Position numbers and translations under genes: made by a program | NCBI GenBank assembly: GCA_049322255.1 | Contig: JBMORE010000025.1 | Span: 1 to 33,161 of the forward strand | DNA length: 33,161 nucleotides | Reading direction: 5' to 3' | Origin: Myxococcota bacterium | GTDB taxonomy: Bacteria; Myxococcota; Myxococcia; Myxococcales; Myxococcaceae | The notes under the pieces: model-generated | Told to the model about the DNA's origin: nothing | Seen by the model: only the letters and a program-made list of their open reading frames with translations | Database searches by the model: none | Part shown: positions 16,450 through 25,734 of the stretch, one piece after another | How the letters are laid out: every line of letters starts with the position of its first letter | Numbering within the stretch: position 1 is the stretch's first letter

Positions 16450-17397
16450 ATGACGTACCTCGACTACTTCGAGCTCACGCAAGAGCCCTTCTCCAACGCC
16501 CCGGTCAGCCGCTTCTATTACAACTCCGCCCAGCACTCGCAGGCCCTCACCCGGCTGATGCACGCGGTGAGCTACATGAAGGGCCTGTCGATTCTGGTGG
16601 GGGACATCGGGGCGGGGAAGACCACCCTCGCCAGGCGCATGCTCGACTCGCTCCCCGAGGCCGAATACGAGGCGGCGCTTTTGGTCATCATCCACTCGGG
16701 CATCAACGCCAACTGGCTCCTGCGGCGCATCGCCCTACAGCTGGGGGTGGAGAGCCCGGCGCAAGAAAAGCTGGCGCTCCTGTCGCAGCTCTACCAGCGG
16801 CTGTTGCAAATCTACGAGTCGGGCAAGAAGGCCGTCGTCCTCATCGACGAGGCGCAGATGCTCGAGACGCGCGAGCTGATGGAGGAGTTCCGCGGGCTGC
16901 TCAACCTCGAGGTGCCCGAGCGCAAGCTCATCTCCTTCGTTTTTTTCGGGCTGCCGGAGATCGAGAAGAACTTGAAGCTCGACCCGCCGCTCGCCCAGCG
17001 GGTGGCCATGCGCTACAAGCTCGAGCCCTTCACCCTCGAGTCCACCGACGCCTACGTGAAGCACCGCCTGCGGCTGGCGGGAGCGCCCCGGGCGCCCTTC
17101 ACCGACGAGGCGATTGCCGCCCTCCACAAGTATTCGGGAGGGTCACCGCGCCTCATCAACACCCTGTGCGACAACGCGCTCTTCGAGGCGTACCTGGCCA
17201 GGCTCACCGACATCCCCGGAGAGCTCATCGACCAGATCGGACAGAACCTCGGCCTGTTGCAGCCTCCTGAAGCGCCCCTGCCACCCCCGCCAGCCAACGG
17301 TGCCCACGAGGCGGGAAGCGCCCCCAAGCGCACCGCGCGCGGGAAGCTCGACCTCGCCGAAATCGATCGCTACCTCGAAGGTCTCGGGAAGCTGTAA
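16450..17397 (+). CDS. ExeA/GspA-family AAA+ ATPase (ATPase domain only)
   Basis: YLDYFELTQEPFSNAP, Walker A GDIGAGKT, Walker B LIDEAQML, GLPE, YVKHRL, SGGSPRLINTLCDNAL. Confidence 0.92.
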   Translation: MTYLDYFELTQEPFSNAPVSRFYYNSAQHSQALTRLMHAVSYMKGLSILVGDIGAGKTTLARRMLDSLPEAEYEAALLVIIHSGINANWLLRRIALQLGVESPAQEKLALLSQLYQRLLQIYESGKKAVVLIDEAQMLETRELMEEFRGLLNLEVPERKLISFVFFGLPEIEKNLKLDPPLAQRVAMRYKLEPFTLESTDAYVKHRLRLAGAPRAPFTDEAIAALHKYSGGSPRLINTLCDNALFEAYLARLTDIPGELIDQIGQNLGLLQPPEAPLPPPPANGAHEAGSAPKRTARGKLDLAEIDRYLEGLGKL

Positions 17398-17400
17398 GCC

Positions 17401-20400
17401 GTGGGTGCCCGACGAAAGCTCACTCCGGGGAGATGGGCCTTCCTCGGCGTTCTCTTGTTCGCTGGGCTCTTGCTCTTCTTGCGCACCCGGTGGGCTTGGG
17501 AGCACAGCTGCTCGTTGTTGCGCCGCGAGCTGCCCCACCTGCTCGGCCTCGACGTGGGCATCAACCGCTGCGAGCTCGACCCGCTCACCCAGACTGCCAC
17601 CCTCTACGGGGTGAGCGCCTTTTCCCCCGGTTCGGACGAGCCGCTCTTTTCCGCCGACTCGGCGAGCGTGGGTTTTCGCGCCCTGCAGCTCACGGGCATC
17701 CGGCTCACCAAAGTCGAGCTGTCGCGGCCGCGCGTGTACGTGGACGCCCGCCGCCCTGCCGCTGCGACCGGGAAGAAGAAGAGCTGCGCGATGACCGCAC
17801 TCGCGCGGGTGCGGGTCGACCGCTTGGACATTCAAGAGGCCACCGTGTTCGTCACCCTGCCCCGAGGAGAGCGGGTGGAGCTCTCAGGCCTCGACGTGGG
17901 CTGGACGGCCGCGCGCGGAGTCTACGAGTTGTCGGCTTCGGCCCGGGGCGGGGTGGTGAGCCCAAGCGAGGGCAGGGCGCTCACCGTCGCCAAGCTTTCG
18001 CTGGAAGGTGCCCTCGACGTCGACGACGAGGCGCTGGAGCTCACCAAGGGCGAGCTGGCGCTCGATGACGCCACCTTGAGCCTCACTGGGCGGGTGGAGC
18101 ACCTGTGCGAGCCGACCCTGGCGCTCGAAGCCCGCCTTTTCGCTCCGCTGGCGACGGTGGCCCGCGCGGCAGGGTGGCAAGAAGAAGTCGCTGGGCACCT
18201 GTGGTCGCGCGCTTCGGTCTCTGGGCCGCCTCATGCTCCCACCGCTCAGCTCGAGGTCACCGGTGCGGGCCTCGCTTTTGGCCGATTCCGCCCCGGCGAC
18301 TTCAGCGCTCACCTCGCCTACGGCAACGGCGAGCTCGCCGTGAGTGACTTTTCGGCTCCAGCGGGAGAGGGCACGGTGCGGGTGAGGGGCACGGTGAAGC
18401 TGACGAAGAGCTTCCCTGTCCATCTCGCGGTGGAGACCGACGACGCCCAGTTCGGGCAGGTGCTGCACAAGGCTGGGTTGCCTGGCTCCTGGGTCGACTT
18501 TTTCGGCAGCGCCAAGGGCGCCTTGAACGGCCATCTCTTGCCCACCCCGCATCTTGCGGGAGAGGTGGAGCTGACCGCCAAGAAGTTCGTGCTCGCCGCC
18601 CGCCCGTTCGACGCCCCCGTGACGGAGGGCAGAACCATCCTCGAATTCGCGCACGGCCATGCCAACGCCCGCCTGGCGGTGCACGACGACCGGGTCGACT
18701 TCTCTTCCTTGCGCATCGACACCGGGGGCTCGCGGGTGACCGGCGAGGTGACGCTCTACTACGACGCTGCGCGCGGCCTTTTTGTGCGCGGGCATGCCGA
18801 GGAGATCGATCTCGACGACTTCGGCCACATCTCTGAAATCTCCTGGAGCGGCCACGGCTCGGGCGATTTCTTCGTCGAAGGGCCGTACGCCGACGTGCGC
18901 TCCGAATCGCAGCTCGAGCTGCGCGACTTCGAGATGTGGGGCTTGGCGCTGGGGGTGTTGCAGGGCCGCGTCGTCTACGAAGACCGGGTGCTCGCTCTCC
19001 CCGGGGTGAGCGGGCAGAAAGGCAAGACGCAGTACTTCGGCAAGGGCCGCTTGCGCTTCGACGGCGGCGAAGTGCACACCCTGGCCCACGTGCTCATGCC
19101 CAAGGGGCGCAGCGAGGACGTCATCGACGTCATCTTGGGCTTGCACCCCTCCATCGAGCTCTTCCAGGGCACGCTCGCCGGTGAGGTGGCGGGCGCGCTG
19201 CACTTCGACGGCCCCGCGAGCGCCTTCGAGGGCTCGATCGTTCTCGACTTCAAGGACACCACCTACCACGGCCGCCGCTTCGGCGACGGGCGCATGGCGC
19301 TGCACTTCGTGGAAGGCAAGTCGCTGGTGTTGGACAAGACGGTGCTGGTGGGCCCTTTGGGTACCTCCAGCGTCGAGGGCTCCTGGACCTTCGCCGGGCC
19401 GCTGGACTACGCCTTTCGCTTCGAGGGCGCCTCGCTGCTTGAGCTTTTGGGCCCCGAACGGGCCAAGGCGCTGGGCGTCGACGGCACCCTCACCTTGGTG
19501 GGCAAGGTGGAGGGCGACGCCACCACCCCGGTGTGGAGCGCCTACCTCACTTCGCCCAAGGTGACCTTCGCCAACAAGAACCTCGGGGCGACCCATTTGG
19601 AAGGGCGCATCGTCGGCCGCGACGCGCAGGTGTGGGGTAGGCCCTTCGCCGACGCCAGCGGCACCATGAAGCTGCGCCTCAAAGACCCCTTCCCCTACCA
19701 GGCCACGGTGACGCTGGTGCTGCCCGAGATTCGCCCGCTGCTTCCCGACATGCCGGTGAGCCAGGGGCTGTCGGGCGCCGCTTCGGGCACCCTGGAGCTG
19801 TCGGGCAATTTCAAAGACGCCCACAGCGTCGACGTCTCGGCCCACTTGACGCGCCTCACCCTGGCCCGCGGCGATTTTTCCGGGCACAACGAGGGGCCGG
19901 TCGTCTTCTCTTGGAAGGGCGGGCGGCTGGAGATCGACTCTTTTCGCTTCGCCGGGCCGAACACCGAGCTCACCATCGCCGGTCACTGGGGGCCCACCAC
20001 CGTGGACTTGAAGGGCCACGGCGGGCTGGACGTGCGGCTCTTCGAATCGTTCTTGCCGCAAATCGAGCGCTCCGGGGGCCGGGTGGAGCTGGCGGTGTCG
20101 GCGAGCGGCGTCGCGAGCAAACCCTCCCTCGTCGGCAGCGCCGAGATTCGCGACGGGCGGCTGTCGTTGCGTCAGCTCCCGCTGACAGTGCGCGCCCTGT
20201 CTGGACGGGTGGAGTTCTCCGAGAAGCGGGTGCTGTTTCAGGACGTCCTGGGCGTGCTCAACGACGGCAAGCTGAAGGCTCGCGGCGATGTGCGCCTGGA
20301 GGACTTCCAGATCGCGCGCGCCGAGGTGGCGCTGGACTTCGACGACGTCTCCATGCGCCCACTCGAGTACCTGCCGCTCACCGCGCACGGCTCGCTCCTC

Positions 20401-21294
20401 CTCCACGGCAAGCCCGAGGCGATGCAGCTCTCGGGTGGCGTGGAGGTGACCAAGCTGCGTTACGAGCAATCGCTCGAGCTGGAGAGGTTCTTCAAAGACG
20501 TGAGGAGCGCCCGCGCTCCGGCGCCGGAGAAGAAGAAGGAATGGCTGCGCTTCGACGTGGACATCGATGCCAAGGGCGATGTGCGGGTGGACAACGAGCT
20601 GGCACGCGCCAAGCTCGCCGCCAAGCTCAAGCTCACCGGCACCAACACGCGCCCCGGCTTGTTGGGCAGCATCGCGGTCGAGGAGGGGGGGCAGGCCTAC
20701 TACCGTCAAAACGAGTTCGCGCTGCTCAAGGGCGAGCTGCAGTTCAAGGACCCGAGCAGCATCGAGGCGGTGGTCGACCTGCACGCCCAGGCGCGGGTGC
20801 GCGACTACGTGGTGACGGTGAAGGCCTTCGGCCGCCTCGCCGAACCCAAGGTGGTGCTCTCCTCCGAGCCGTCGCTCACCGAGGCCGACATCCTCTCCTT
20901 GCTCACCCTGGGGGTCACCTCGCGCGACCCCGGCCTCGAAAAGGCCGGCTACAGCTTTTTCGCCGAGGCGATGCTCTCGGCGACCGGGCTGGGAAGCCGG
21001 GTGGCCAGCTTCCTGCCCAGAGGCAACGTGCTGCGCGACTTCGACTTGAACCTCTCCACCACCTACAACGAGGCCACCGGCCAGGTGGAGCCCTCCTGGG
21101 GCGTGGAGTCGAAGCTCCTCTCCGAGCAACTCAAGCTCTCGTTGACGCAGCCGGTCTCGGGCAAGGGGCGCCGCATTCAAGCCGAGTACCGCTTCACCGA
21201 CCGCTTCTCCGCCCGCGCCCAGTGGGAGAACGACAACCAAGACTACTTCGGCAACCCGGGGTTGGACCTCAAGGTCCGCTTCGAAGTGGAATGA
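17401..21294 (+). CDS. tamB: TamB/AsmA-like periplasmic beta-taco protein
   Basis: N-terminal TM anchor, about 1250 aa of amphipathic beta strands, C-terminal DUF490-like LSSEPSLTEADILSLLTLG; adjacent to an Omp85 gene. Confidence 0.85.
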   Translation: MGARRKLTPGRWAFLGVLLFAGLLLFLRTRWAWEHSCSLLRRELPHLLGLDVGINRCELDPLTQTATLYGVSAFSPGSDEPLFSADSASVGFRALQLTGIRLTKVELSRPRVYVDARRPAAATGKKKSCAMTALARVRVDRLDIQEATVFVTLPRGERVELSGLDVGWTAARGVYELSASARGGVVSPSEGRALTVAKLSLEGALDVDDEALELTKGELALDDATLSLTGRVEHLCEPTLALEARLFAPLATVARAAGWQEEVAGHLWSRASVSGPPHAPTAQLEVTGAGLAFGRFRPGDFSAHLAYGNGELAVSDFSAPAGEGTVRVRGTVKLTKSFPVHLAVETDDAQFGQVLHKAGLPGSWVDFFGSAKGALNGHLLPTPHLAGEVELTAKKFVLAARPFDAPVTEGRTILEFAHGHANARLAVHDDRVDFSSLRIDTGGSRVTGEVTLYYDAARGLFVRGHAEEIDLDDFGHISEISWSGHGSGDFFVEGPYADVRSESQLELRDFEMWGLALGVLQGRVVYEDRVLALPGVSGQKGKTQYFGKGRLRFDGGEVHTLAHVLMPKGRSEDVIDVILGLHPSIELFQGTLAGEVAGALHFDGPASAFEGSIVLDFKDTTYHGRRFGDGRMALHFVEGKSLVLDKTVLVGPLGTSSVEGSWTFAGPLDYAFRFEGASLLELLGPERAKALGVDGTLTLVGKVEGDATTPVWSAYLTSPKVTFANKNLGATHLEGRIVGRDAQVWGRPFADASGTMKLRLKDPFPYQATVTLVLPEIRPLLPDMPVSQGLSGAASGTLELSGNFKDAHSVDVSAHLTRLTLARGDFSGHNEGPVVFSWKGGRLEIDSFRFAGPNTELTIAGHWGPTTVDLKGHGGLDVRLFESFLPQIERSGGRVELAVSASGVASKPSLVGSAEIRDGRLSLRQLPLTVRALSGRVEFSEKRVLFQDVLGVLNDGKLKARGDVRLEDFQIARAEVALDFDDVSMRPLEYLPLTAHGSLLLHGKPEAMQLSGGVEVTKLRYEQSLELERFFKDVRSARAPAPEKKKEWLRFDVDIDAKGDVRVDNELARAKLAAKLKLTGTNTRPGLLGSIAVEEGGQAYYRQNEFALLKGELQFKDPSSIEAVVDLHAQARVRDYVVTVKAFGRLAEPKVVLSSEPSLTEADILSLLTLGVTSRDPGLEKAGYSFFAEAMLSATGLGSRVASFLPRGNVLRDFDLNLSTTYNEATGQVEPSWGVESKLLSEQLKLSLTQPVSGKGRRIQAEYRFTDRFSARAQWENDNQDYFGNPGLDLKVRFEVE

Positions 21295-24200
21295 TTTCCC
21301 TCCTCGCCGCGGTTTTGCTGGCCCAACCGGCGCCTGGGCGGGGGACGGTGACCGCGGTGGAGCTGCGGTTGCCCACCACCGCCGATCCCGCGCTCGTCGA
21401 GGATGCCCCGGGGCTGGTGGCGGTGCGCAAAGGGCAGCGGCTGTCCTTGCGCGCGGTGCGAAGGTCGATCGATCTGCTCATCGCCACCGGGCGCTTCGCC
21501 GACGTCGTCGTGCGCGCGGTCGAGGCCGAGGGCGGGGTGACGGTGCGCTTCGACTTGACCCCCAAGCAACGGCTGGCCGTCGTTCGGGTCAGGGGCAACC
21601 AGGCGCTCACCGAAGGGCAGGTGTTGGCGGCGGCGCGGCTGGGAAAAGACGAGGAGTACTACCCAGAGCGGGTGCGAGAAGCGATCGAAGCCGTGGAGGC
21701 CGCCTACCACCGCCGTGGTTATGAACAGGCCCGCGCGGAGGCGGAGCTGGCCGATCTGGTCGACGGCCTGGAGGTGGTGCTGAAGGTGCACGAAGGCGAG
21801 CCAACCCGTCTGTTGGCGGTGACGGTGAGCGGCGGCCCGGGTTTGCCGCTGCCCCGGCTCTTGTCGGCGCTGGGGTTGTCCACCGGTGAGGTGCTCGACC
21901 GCGAGGTGCTCGAGGCAGGCCTGTCGCGGCTGCGCGCGCTCTACCGCCAGGAGCGCTTCTACCGTGCGCGGGTGGGCGAGCCGGTGGTGCAGCCCGGCGG
22001 CGGCGGTGCCCACCTCTTCGTGCCGGTCTTTGCGGGGCCGCGTTACGAGGTGCGCTTCTTTGGCAACCGCAGCTTCTCCGACGCGCTGCTTCGAGGGGTG
22101 CTCGCCTACGACGCCAGCGAGACGATGGATCGGGCGCTGGTAGGGCGCCTGGCGCGGCGGCTGCTCGCCTTCTACCGGTTCCAAGGCTTCCACGACGTGC
22201 ACGTCGAGCCCCGCGAGGCGAGGAGTCGAAACGGCCAGCACGCGGTGCTGCGCTTCCTCATCGAAGAGGGGCGGCCGCTCTTCGTGCGCGAGGTAGTTTT
22301 CGAAGGCAACCAGGCGGTGGAGAGTGCCGAGCTGAAGAGGCTGCTCACCGAGGTGGTACAGGCCAAGACGCCGCGGCCGGTGGGCGACGTGGTTTCCAGC
22401 GATGACCCCCTCCAGCTCGAAGGCAGGGTGCACAAGAGCGCCCACGCTGTGGCGCCCGCCTCCGACCCCAGGACGGTGTTCGTCGACAGCGCTTACCGTG
22501 AGGCGGCCGAGGCGATGACCTCGCTGTACCGCACGCGCGGCTTCCTCGAGGCCCAGGTGTCGCTCTCCAACGTGGACATCGACATTTCGGCGGGCGTGGC
22601 CGTCGTTCGCTTCGAGGTGGAGGAGGGCCGGAGGGCGTTGGTGCAGGAGGTGTCCCTCGCGGGCGCTCCCGAGGGGTTTTCAGGGTGGACGAGCCGGTTC
22701 GAGGTGGGCGCCCCCTTCACCGAGGACGTGGCGGAGGAGGATCGGCGCTCGCTCGAGCGCGCGCTGGGTCGCTCTGGCTATCTCTTCGCGCACGTCGAGG
22801 CCGCGCCGAACGTCGACCTCACTGGTACCCAGGTGGCGGTGCGTTACCAGGTGTCGCCGGGGCCGCAGATACGGGTGGGTAAAGTGGTGCTGCGCGGCTT
22901 GACGCGTACCGACGAACGCGTGGTGCGCTCGCAACTCGAGGTGCGCGAGGGAGAGGTGCTCGACCCCGAGGCGCTGTTCACCTCGGAGCGCAACCTGGGA
23001 CAGCTGGGCGCCTTTCGTACGGTGACGGTGCGGCTCATCGCGCCAGAGGTGGTCGAGCCCACCAAAGACGTGGTGGTGGAAGCGAAGGAAGCGCCGCGGG
23101 TGTCGGGCGAGATCGCCGCTGGCTACTACCTCGCTGAGGGACCGCGCCTGGTGGTCGACTGGGCCTACCCCAACGCCTTCGGCAAGGGCATCAACATCTC
23201 GGGCCGCGGCAAGGTGCACTACTTCGGCTTTTCCGGCCCGGCGCTGTCGGAGCAGACGGACATCGTCGACCTGCAAGGGCTCGAGCTCTTTGGAGGCCGC
23301 AAGACGGTATCGCTACAAAACCGCGGCCTGTTGCCCGCTGACATCGGAGTGCGGCTGGACCTCTTACCCTTCGAGCGGGTGCACCGCCGCTCGTACCGCT
23401 TCACCCGCTTCGCCGCCGTTCCCGGGCTCGACTGGGAAACCCAGGTGACCGTGCCCAAGGTCGACTGGGCGAAGCTGCGCATCGGCCTGAGCTTTCAGTG
23501 GGAGCTCGAGCACGTGCGAGTCTTCGCCACCGGCGAAGGGGGGCAGCTTCTGTTGACACTCGCCCGCGCCGACCAGGAGCGGCTGCGCTTCGAGCCGGGA
23601 GTGTACAGCCTGCACTCGGCGCGCTTTGGGCCCACTTTCGACCTGCGCGACGACCCCTTGAACCCTCGCCGCGGAGCGCTCTTGCAGCTGTCGGCAGAGC
23701 GCACCTGGGACCTGTTCGTGCAGGACGTGAACGAGAGCTCCTTCCCCGTTCAGACCCTGAAGGCGTCAGGCACGCTCACCACCTACTTTCCTTTGGGCTC
23801 GCGTGTGGTGCTGGCGCTCTCCGCGCGGGGCGGACGGATTTTCTCTCTCCACCCGCACTCGAAGACCATTCCTCCCAAGCGGTTCTTCTTGGGAGGCGCG
23901 GCCAGCATGCGCGGCTTCCGTGAAGATGGTGTCATGCCCACCGACCGGCGCAACATCCTCGCCATGGAGGAGCAGGCGTGTCGGGCCCTGGCCAACCCCG
24001 TCGGCTGCACCCCAGCCGCGCGCACGCTGCTCTCGGGAGACGAGGTGCCCTCCGAGGGGGGCGAGCTGTTCACCTTGGGCAAGGCCGAGCTGCGCTTTCC
24101 CGCGCTGGGGGCGCTGGACATGGGGCTCTTCTTCGAGGCGGGAAACCTTTGGCTGGCGCCGCAGAACTTCGAGTGGACCGACCAGCGCTACGTCGCCGGC

Positions 24201-24350
24201 ACGGGCTTACGCTACGTGACCCCCATCGGCCCGCTGGCGGTCGATGTGGGGGTCAACCTGGTTCCCGATGAGGCGGTCAACGAGCCCACCATCGACTTCG
24301 GTGGGCTGAAGCTCGGGCTGATGGTGCACTTCAACATCGGGTTGTTCTAA
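21291..24350 (+). CDS. Omp85-family (TamA/BamA-like) outer-membrane protein with multiple POTRA domains
   Basis: Start at ATGA overlapping tamB stop; repeated POTRA signatures (GNQAL, GNRSFSD, GNQAVES, EG.. turns); barrel RFFLGGAASMRGF, GTGLRYVTPIGPL, terminal HFNIGLF beta-signal. About 1019 aa. Confidence 0.92.
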   Translation: MISLLAAVLLAQPAPGRGTVTAVELRLPTTADPALVEDAPGLVAVRKGQRLSLRAVRRSIDLLIATGRFADVVVRAVEAEGGVTVRFDLTPKQRLAVVRVRGNQALTEGQVLAAARLGKDEEYYPERVREAIEAVEAAYHRRGYEQARAEAELADLVDGLEVVLKVHEGEPTRLLAVTVSGGPGLPLPRLLSALGLSTGEVLDREVLEAGLSRLRALYRQERFYRARVGEPVVQPGGGGAHLFVPVFAGPRYEVRFFGNRSFSDALLRGVLAYDASETMDRALVGRLARRLLAFYRFQGFHDVHVEPREARSRNGQHAVLRFLIEEGRPLFVREVVFEGNQAVESAELKRLLTEVVQAKTPRPVGDVVSSDDPLQLEGRVHKSAHAVAPASDPRTVFVDSAYREAAEAMTSLYRTRGFLEAQVSLSNVDIDISAGVAVVRFEVEEGRRALVQEVSLAGAPEGFSGWTSRFEVGAPFTEDVAEEDRRSLERALGRSGYLFAHVEAAPNVDLTGTQVAVRYQVSPGPQIRVGKVVLRGLTRTDERVVRSQLEVREGEVLDPEALFTSERNLGQLGAFRTVTVRLIAPEVVEPTKDVVVEAKEAPRVSGEIAAGYYLAEGPRLVVDWAYPNAFGKGINISGRGKVHYFGFSGPALSEQTDIVDLQGLELFGGRKTVSLQNRGLLPADIGVRLDLLPFERVHRRSYRFTRFAAVPGLDWETQVTVPKVDWAKLRIGLSFQWELEHVRVFATGEGGQLLLTLARADQERLRFEPGVYSLHSARFGPTFDLRDDPLNPRRGALLQLSAERTWDLFVQDVNESSFPVQTLKASGTLTTYFPLGSRVVLALSARGGRIFSLHPHSKTIPPKRFFLGGAASMRGFREDGVMPTDRRNILAMEEQACRALANPVGCTPAARTLLSGDEVPSEGGELFTLGKAELRFPALGALDMGLFFEAGNLWLAPQNFEWTDQRYVAGTGLRYVTPIGPLAVDVGVNLVPDEAVNEPTIDFGGLKLGLMVHFNIGLF

Positions 24351-24359
24351 ATCGTTCTC

Positions 24360-25691
24360 GTGTTCTATCGGTTCGTCCAAGCGGTCATTCACTTCGCGAT
24401 CGGGCTTTTCTACCGGCTCAAAGTCGATGGGCGAACGGACTTCGGTGGTCCGATCATCTTCGTCGGCAACCACCCCAACAGCCTCATCGACGCGGCGATG
24501 CTCTTCGTGCTCAGCGAGCGAAGAATCACCTTCCTCGCCAAGGAGCCGCTCTTCCGCACTCCGGTGTTCGGGTGGCTTCTTTCAGGCTTGGGCGCCCTGC
24601 CGGTGTACCGCAAGCAAGACGCCCCCACGCGCATGGGCGGCAACGAGGGCACCTTCGAGACGGCGGCCGAGGCGCTCGCCGAGGCGCGGGCCATCACCCT
24701 TTTCCCGGAAGGGAAGAGCCACTCCGAGCCGCAGCTCGCCGAAATCAAGACCGGCTGTGCGCGCATCGCCTTCCGCGCGCTGGCCAAGGGGGCAAGAGGG
24801 CTGCGCATCGTTCCCATCGGGCTCACCTACTCGGACAAGCACCGCTTCCGCAGCTGGGTGTTCGTCGACGTCGGGCAGCCCATCGAGGTGGAGAAGTTCG
24901 CGCCGATGCCCGAGGAGGACGAAGCGGAGGCGGTGCGGGCTCTCACCGCGGCGGTGGCCGACGGCTTGCGCCAGGTGACCCTCAATCTCGAGCAGTGGGA
25001 GGACTTGCGGGTGGTGGAGACGGCGGAGCAGCTCTACTCCATTCGGCTGGGAGAGAGGCCGCGTGACCCCGAGCGGATTCGCCGCTTCGCCAAGGGGCTG
25101 GAGCTCTTCCGCCGCGAGCAGCCGGAGCGCTACCAAAAGCTGCGTGCCGAGCTGAGCTCCTTTCGCCGCCGGCTCGACTTGGTGCAGGCGGCGCCCAAGG
25201 ACCTCGTCCTGCAGTACCGCAGCTCCGAAGTGTCTCGCTTCGTCTTGCGCAACGCGGCCGCGCTGCTCTTCGGCTTCCCGCTTTTCCTCCTCGGCTGCGT
25301 CGTTTTTTTCGTGCCGTTCATGGCCGCGCGGATGACGGCAAGGGTGGTGAAGGTGCTGCCCGACCGGGTGGCCACGCTCAAGTTGGTCTCCGCGCTCATC
25401 CTCGCGCCCCTCTGGTGGACTGGGCTCACCGTCGTCGCTTGGCTGTGGGGTGGCCTGGGCTGGGGCCTCTTCGCCCTCTTCGCCGCCCTTCCGCTGGCGC
25501 TCTACACCCGCTACTTCCTCGAGCGGCGGAAAAGCGCCCTTCGCGACATCGTCGTCTTCTTCGCCTTGGGCAGCCGGGCGAGGCTCAAGTCGCGCCTACT
25601 TTTGGAGGGCGAGAAGCTGGCGCAGGAGATAGAAGCCCTGGCCGCCGAGTACCGTCCGCGGGTGGTCACCGAGGTCGCAAGCCAAGCATAG
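24360..25691 (+). CDS. PlsC-like lysophospholipid/glycerol-3-phosphate acyltransferase with C-terminal TM helices
   Basis: NHPNSLID (HxxxxD), FLAKEPLF, FPEGKSH, IVPIGLTY; hydrophobic C-terminal third. Confidence 0.9.
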   Translation: MFYRFVQAVIHFAIGLFYRLKVDGRTDFGGPIIFVGNHPNSLIDAAMLFVLSERRITFLAKEPLFRTPVFGWLLSGLGALPVYRKQDAPTRMGGNEGTFETAAEALAEARAITLFPEGKSHSEPQLAEIKTGCARIAFRALAKGARGLRIVPIGLTYSDKHRFRSWVFVDVGQPIEVEKFAPMPEEDEAEAVRALTAAVADGLRQVTLNLEQWEDLRVVETAEQLYSIRLGERPRDPERIRRFAKGLELFRREQPERYQKLRAELSSFRRRLDLVQAAPKDLVLQYRSSEVSRFVLRNAAALLFGFPLFLLGCVVFFVPFMAARMTARVVKVLPDRVATLKLVSALILAPLWWTGLTVVAWLWGGLGWGLFALFAALPLALYTRYFLERRKSALRDIVVFFALGSRARLKSRLLLEGEKLAQEIEALAAEYRPRVVTEVASQA

Positions 25692-25728
25692 GGCCTTCGA
25701 CTCCGCTCAGGCCCAGCGTGTCGAGGCC
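25691..25728. repeat. Palindromic element between convergent genes (CCTTCGACTCCGCTCAGG-type)
   Basis: GGGCC-TTCGACTCCGCTCA-GGCCC; alternative longer stem GGCC(T)TCGAC..CGCT..AGCG..GTCGAGGCC. Confidence 0.6.
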
Positions 25729-25734
25729 GGACGA

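Noticed and set aside
17884..21240. 1118-aa antisense ORF, and similar ones at 6365-8854, 10428-12713 and 31677-33011
   Set aside because: Shadow ORFs opposite well-supported high-GC genes; no recognisable motifs.
19911..21290. 460-codon in-frame extension of the Omp85 ORF overlapping tamB (possible fusion or overprinted gene)
   Set aside because: It is the -1 frame of a high-GC3 gene, where stop codons are naturally rare; the translation is Arg/Gly/Ala-rich and featureless; ATGA coupling at 21291 explains the start.
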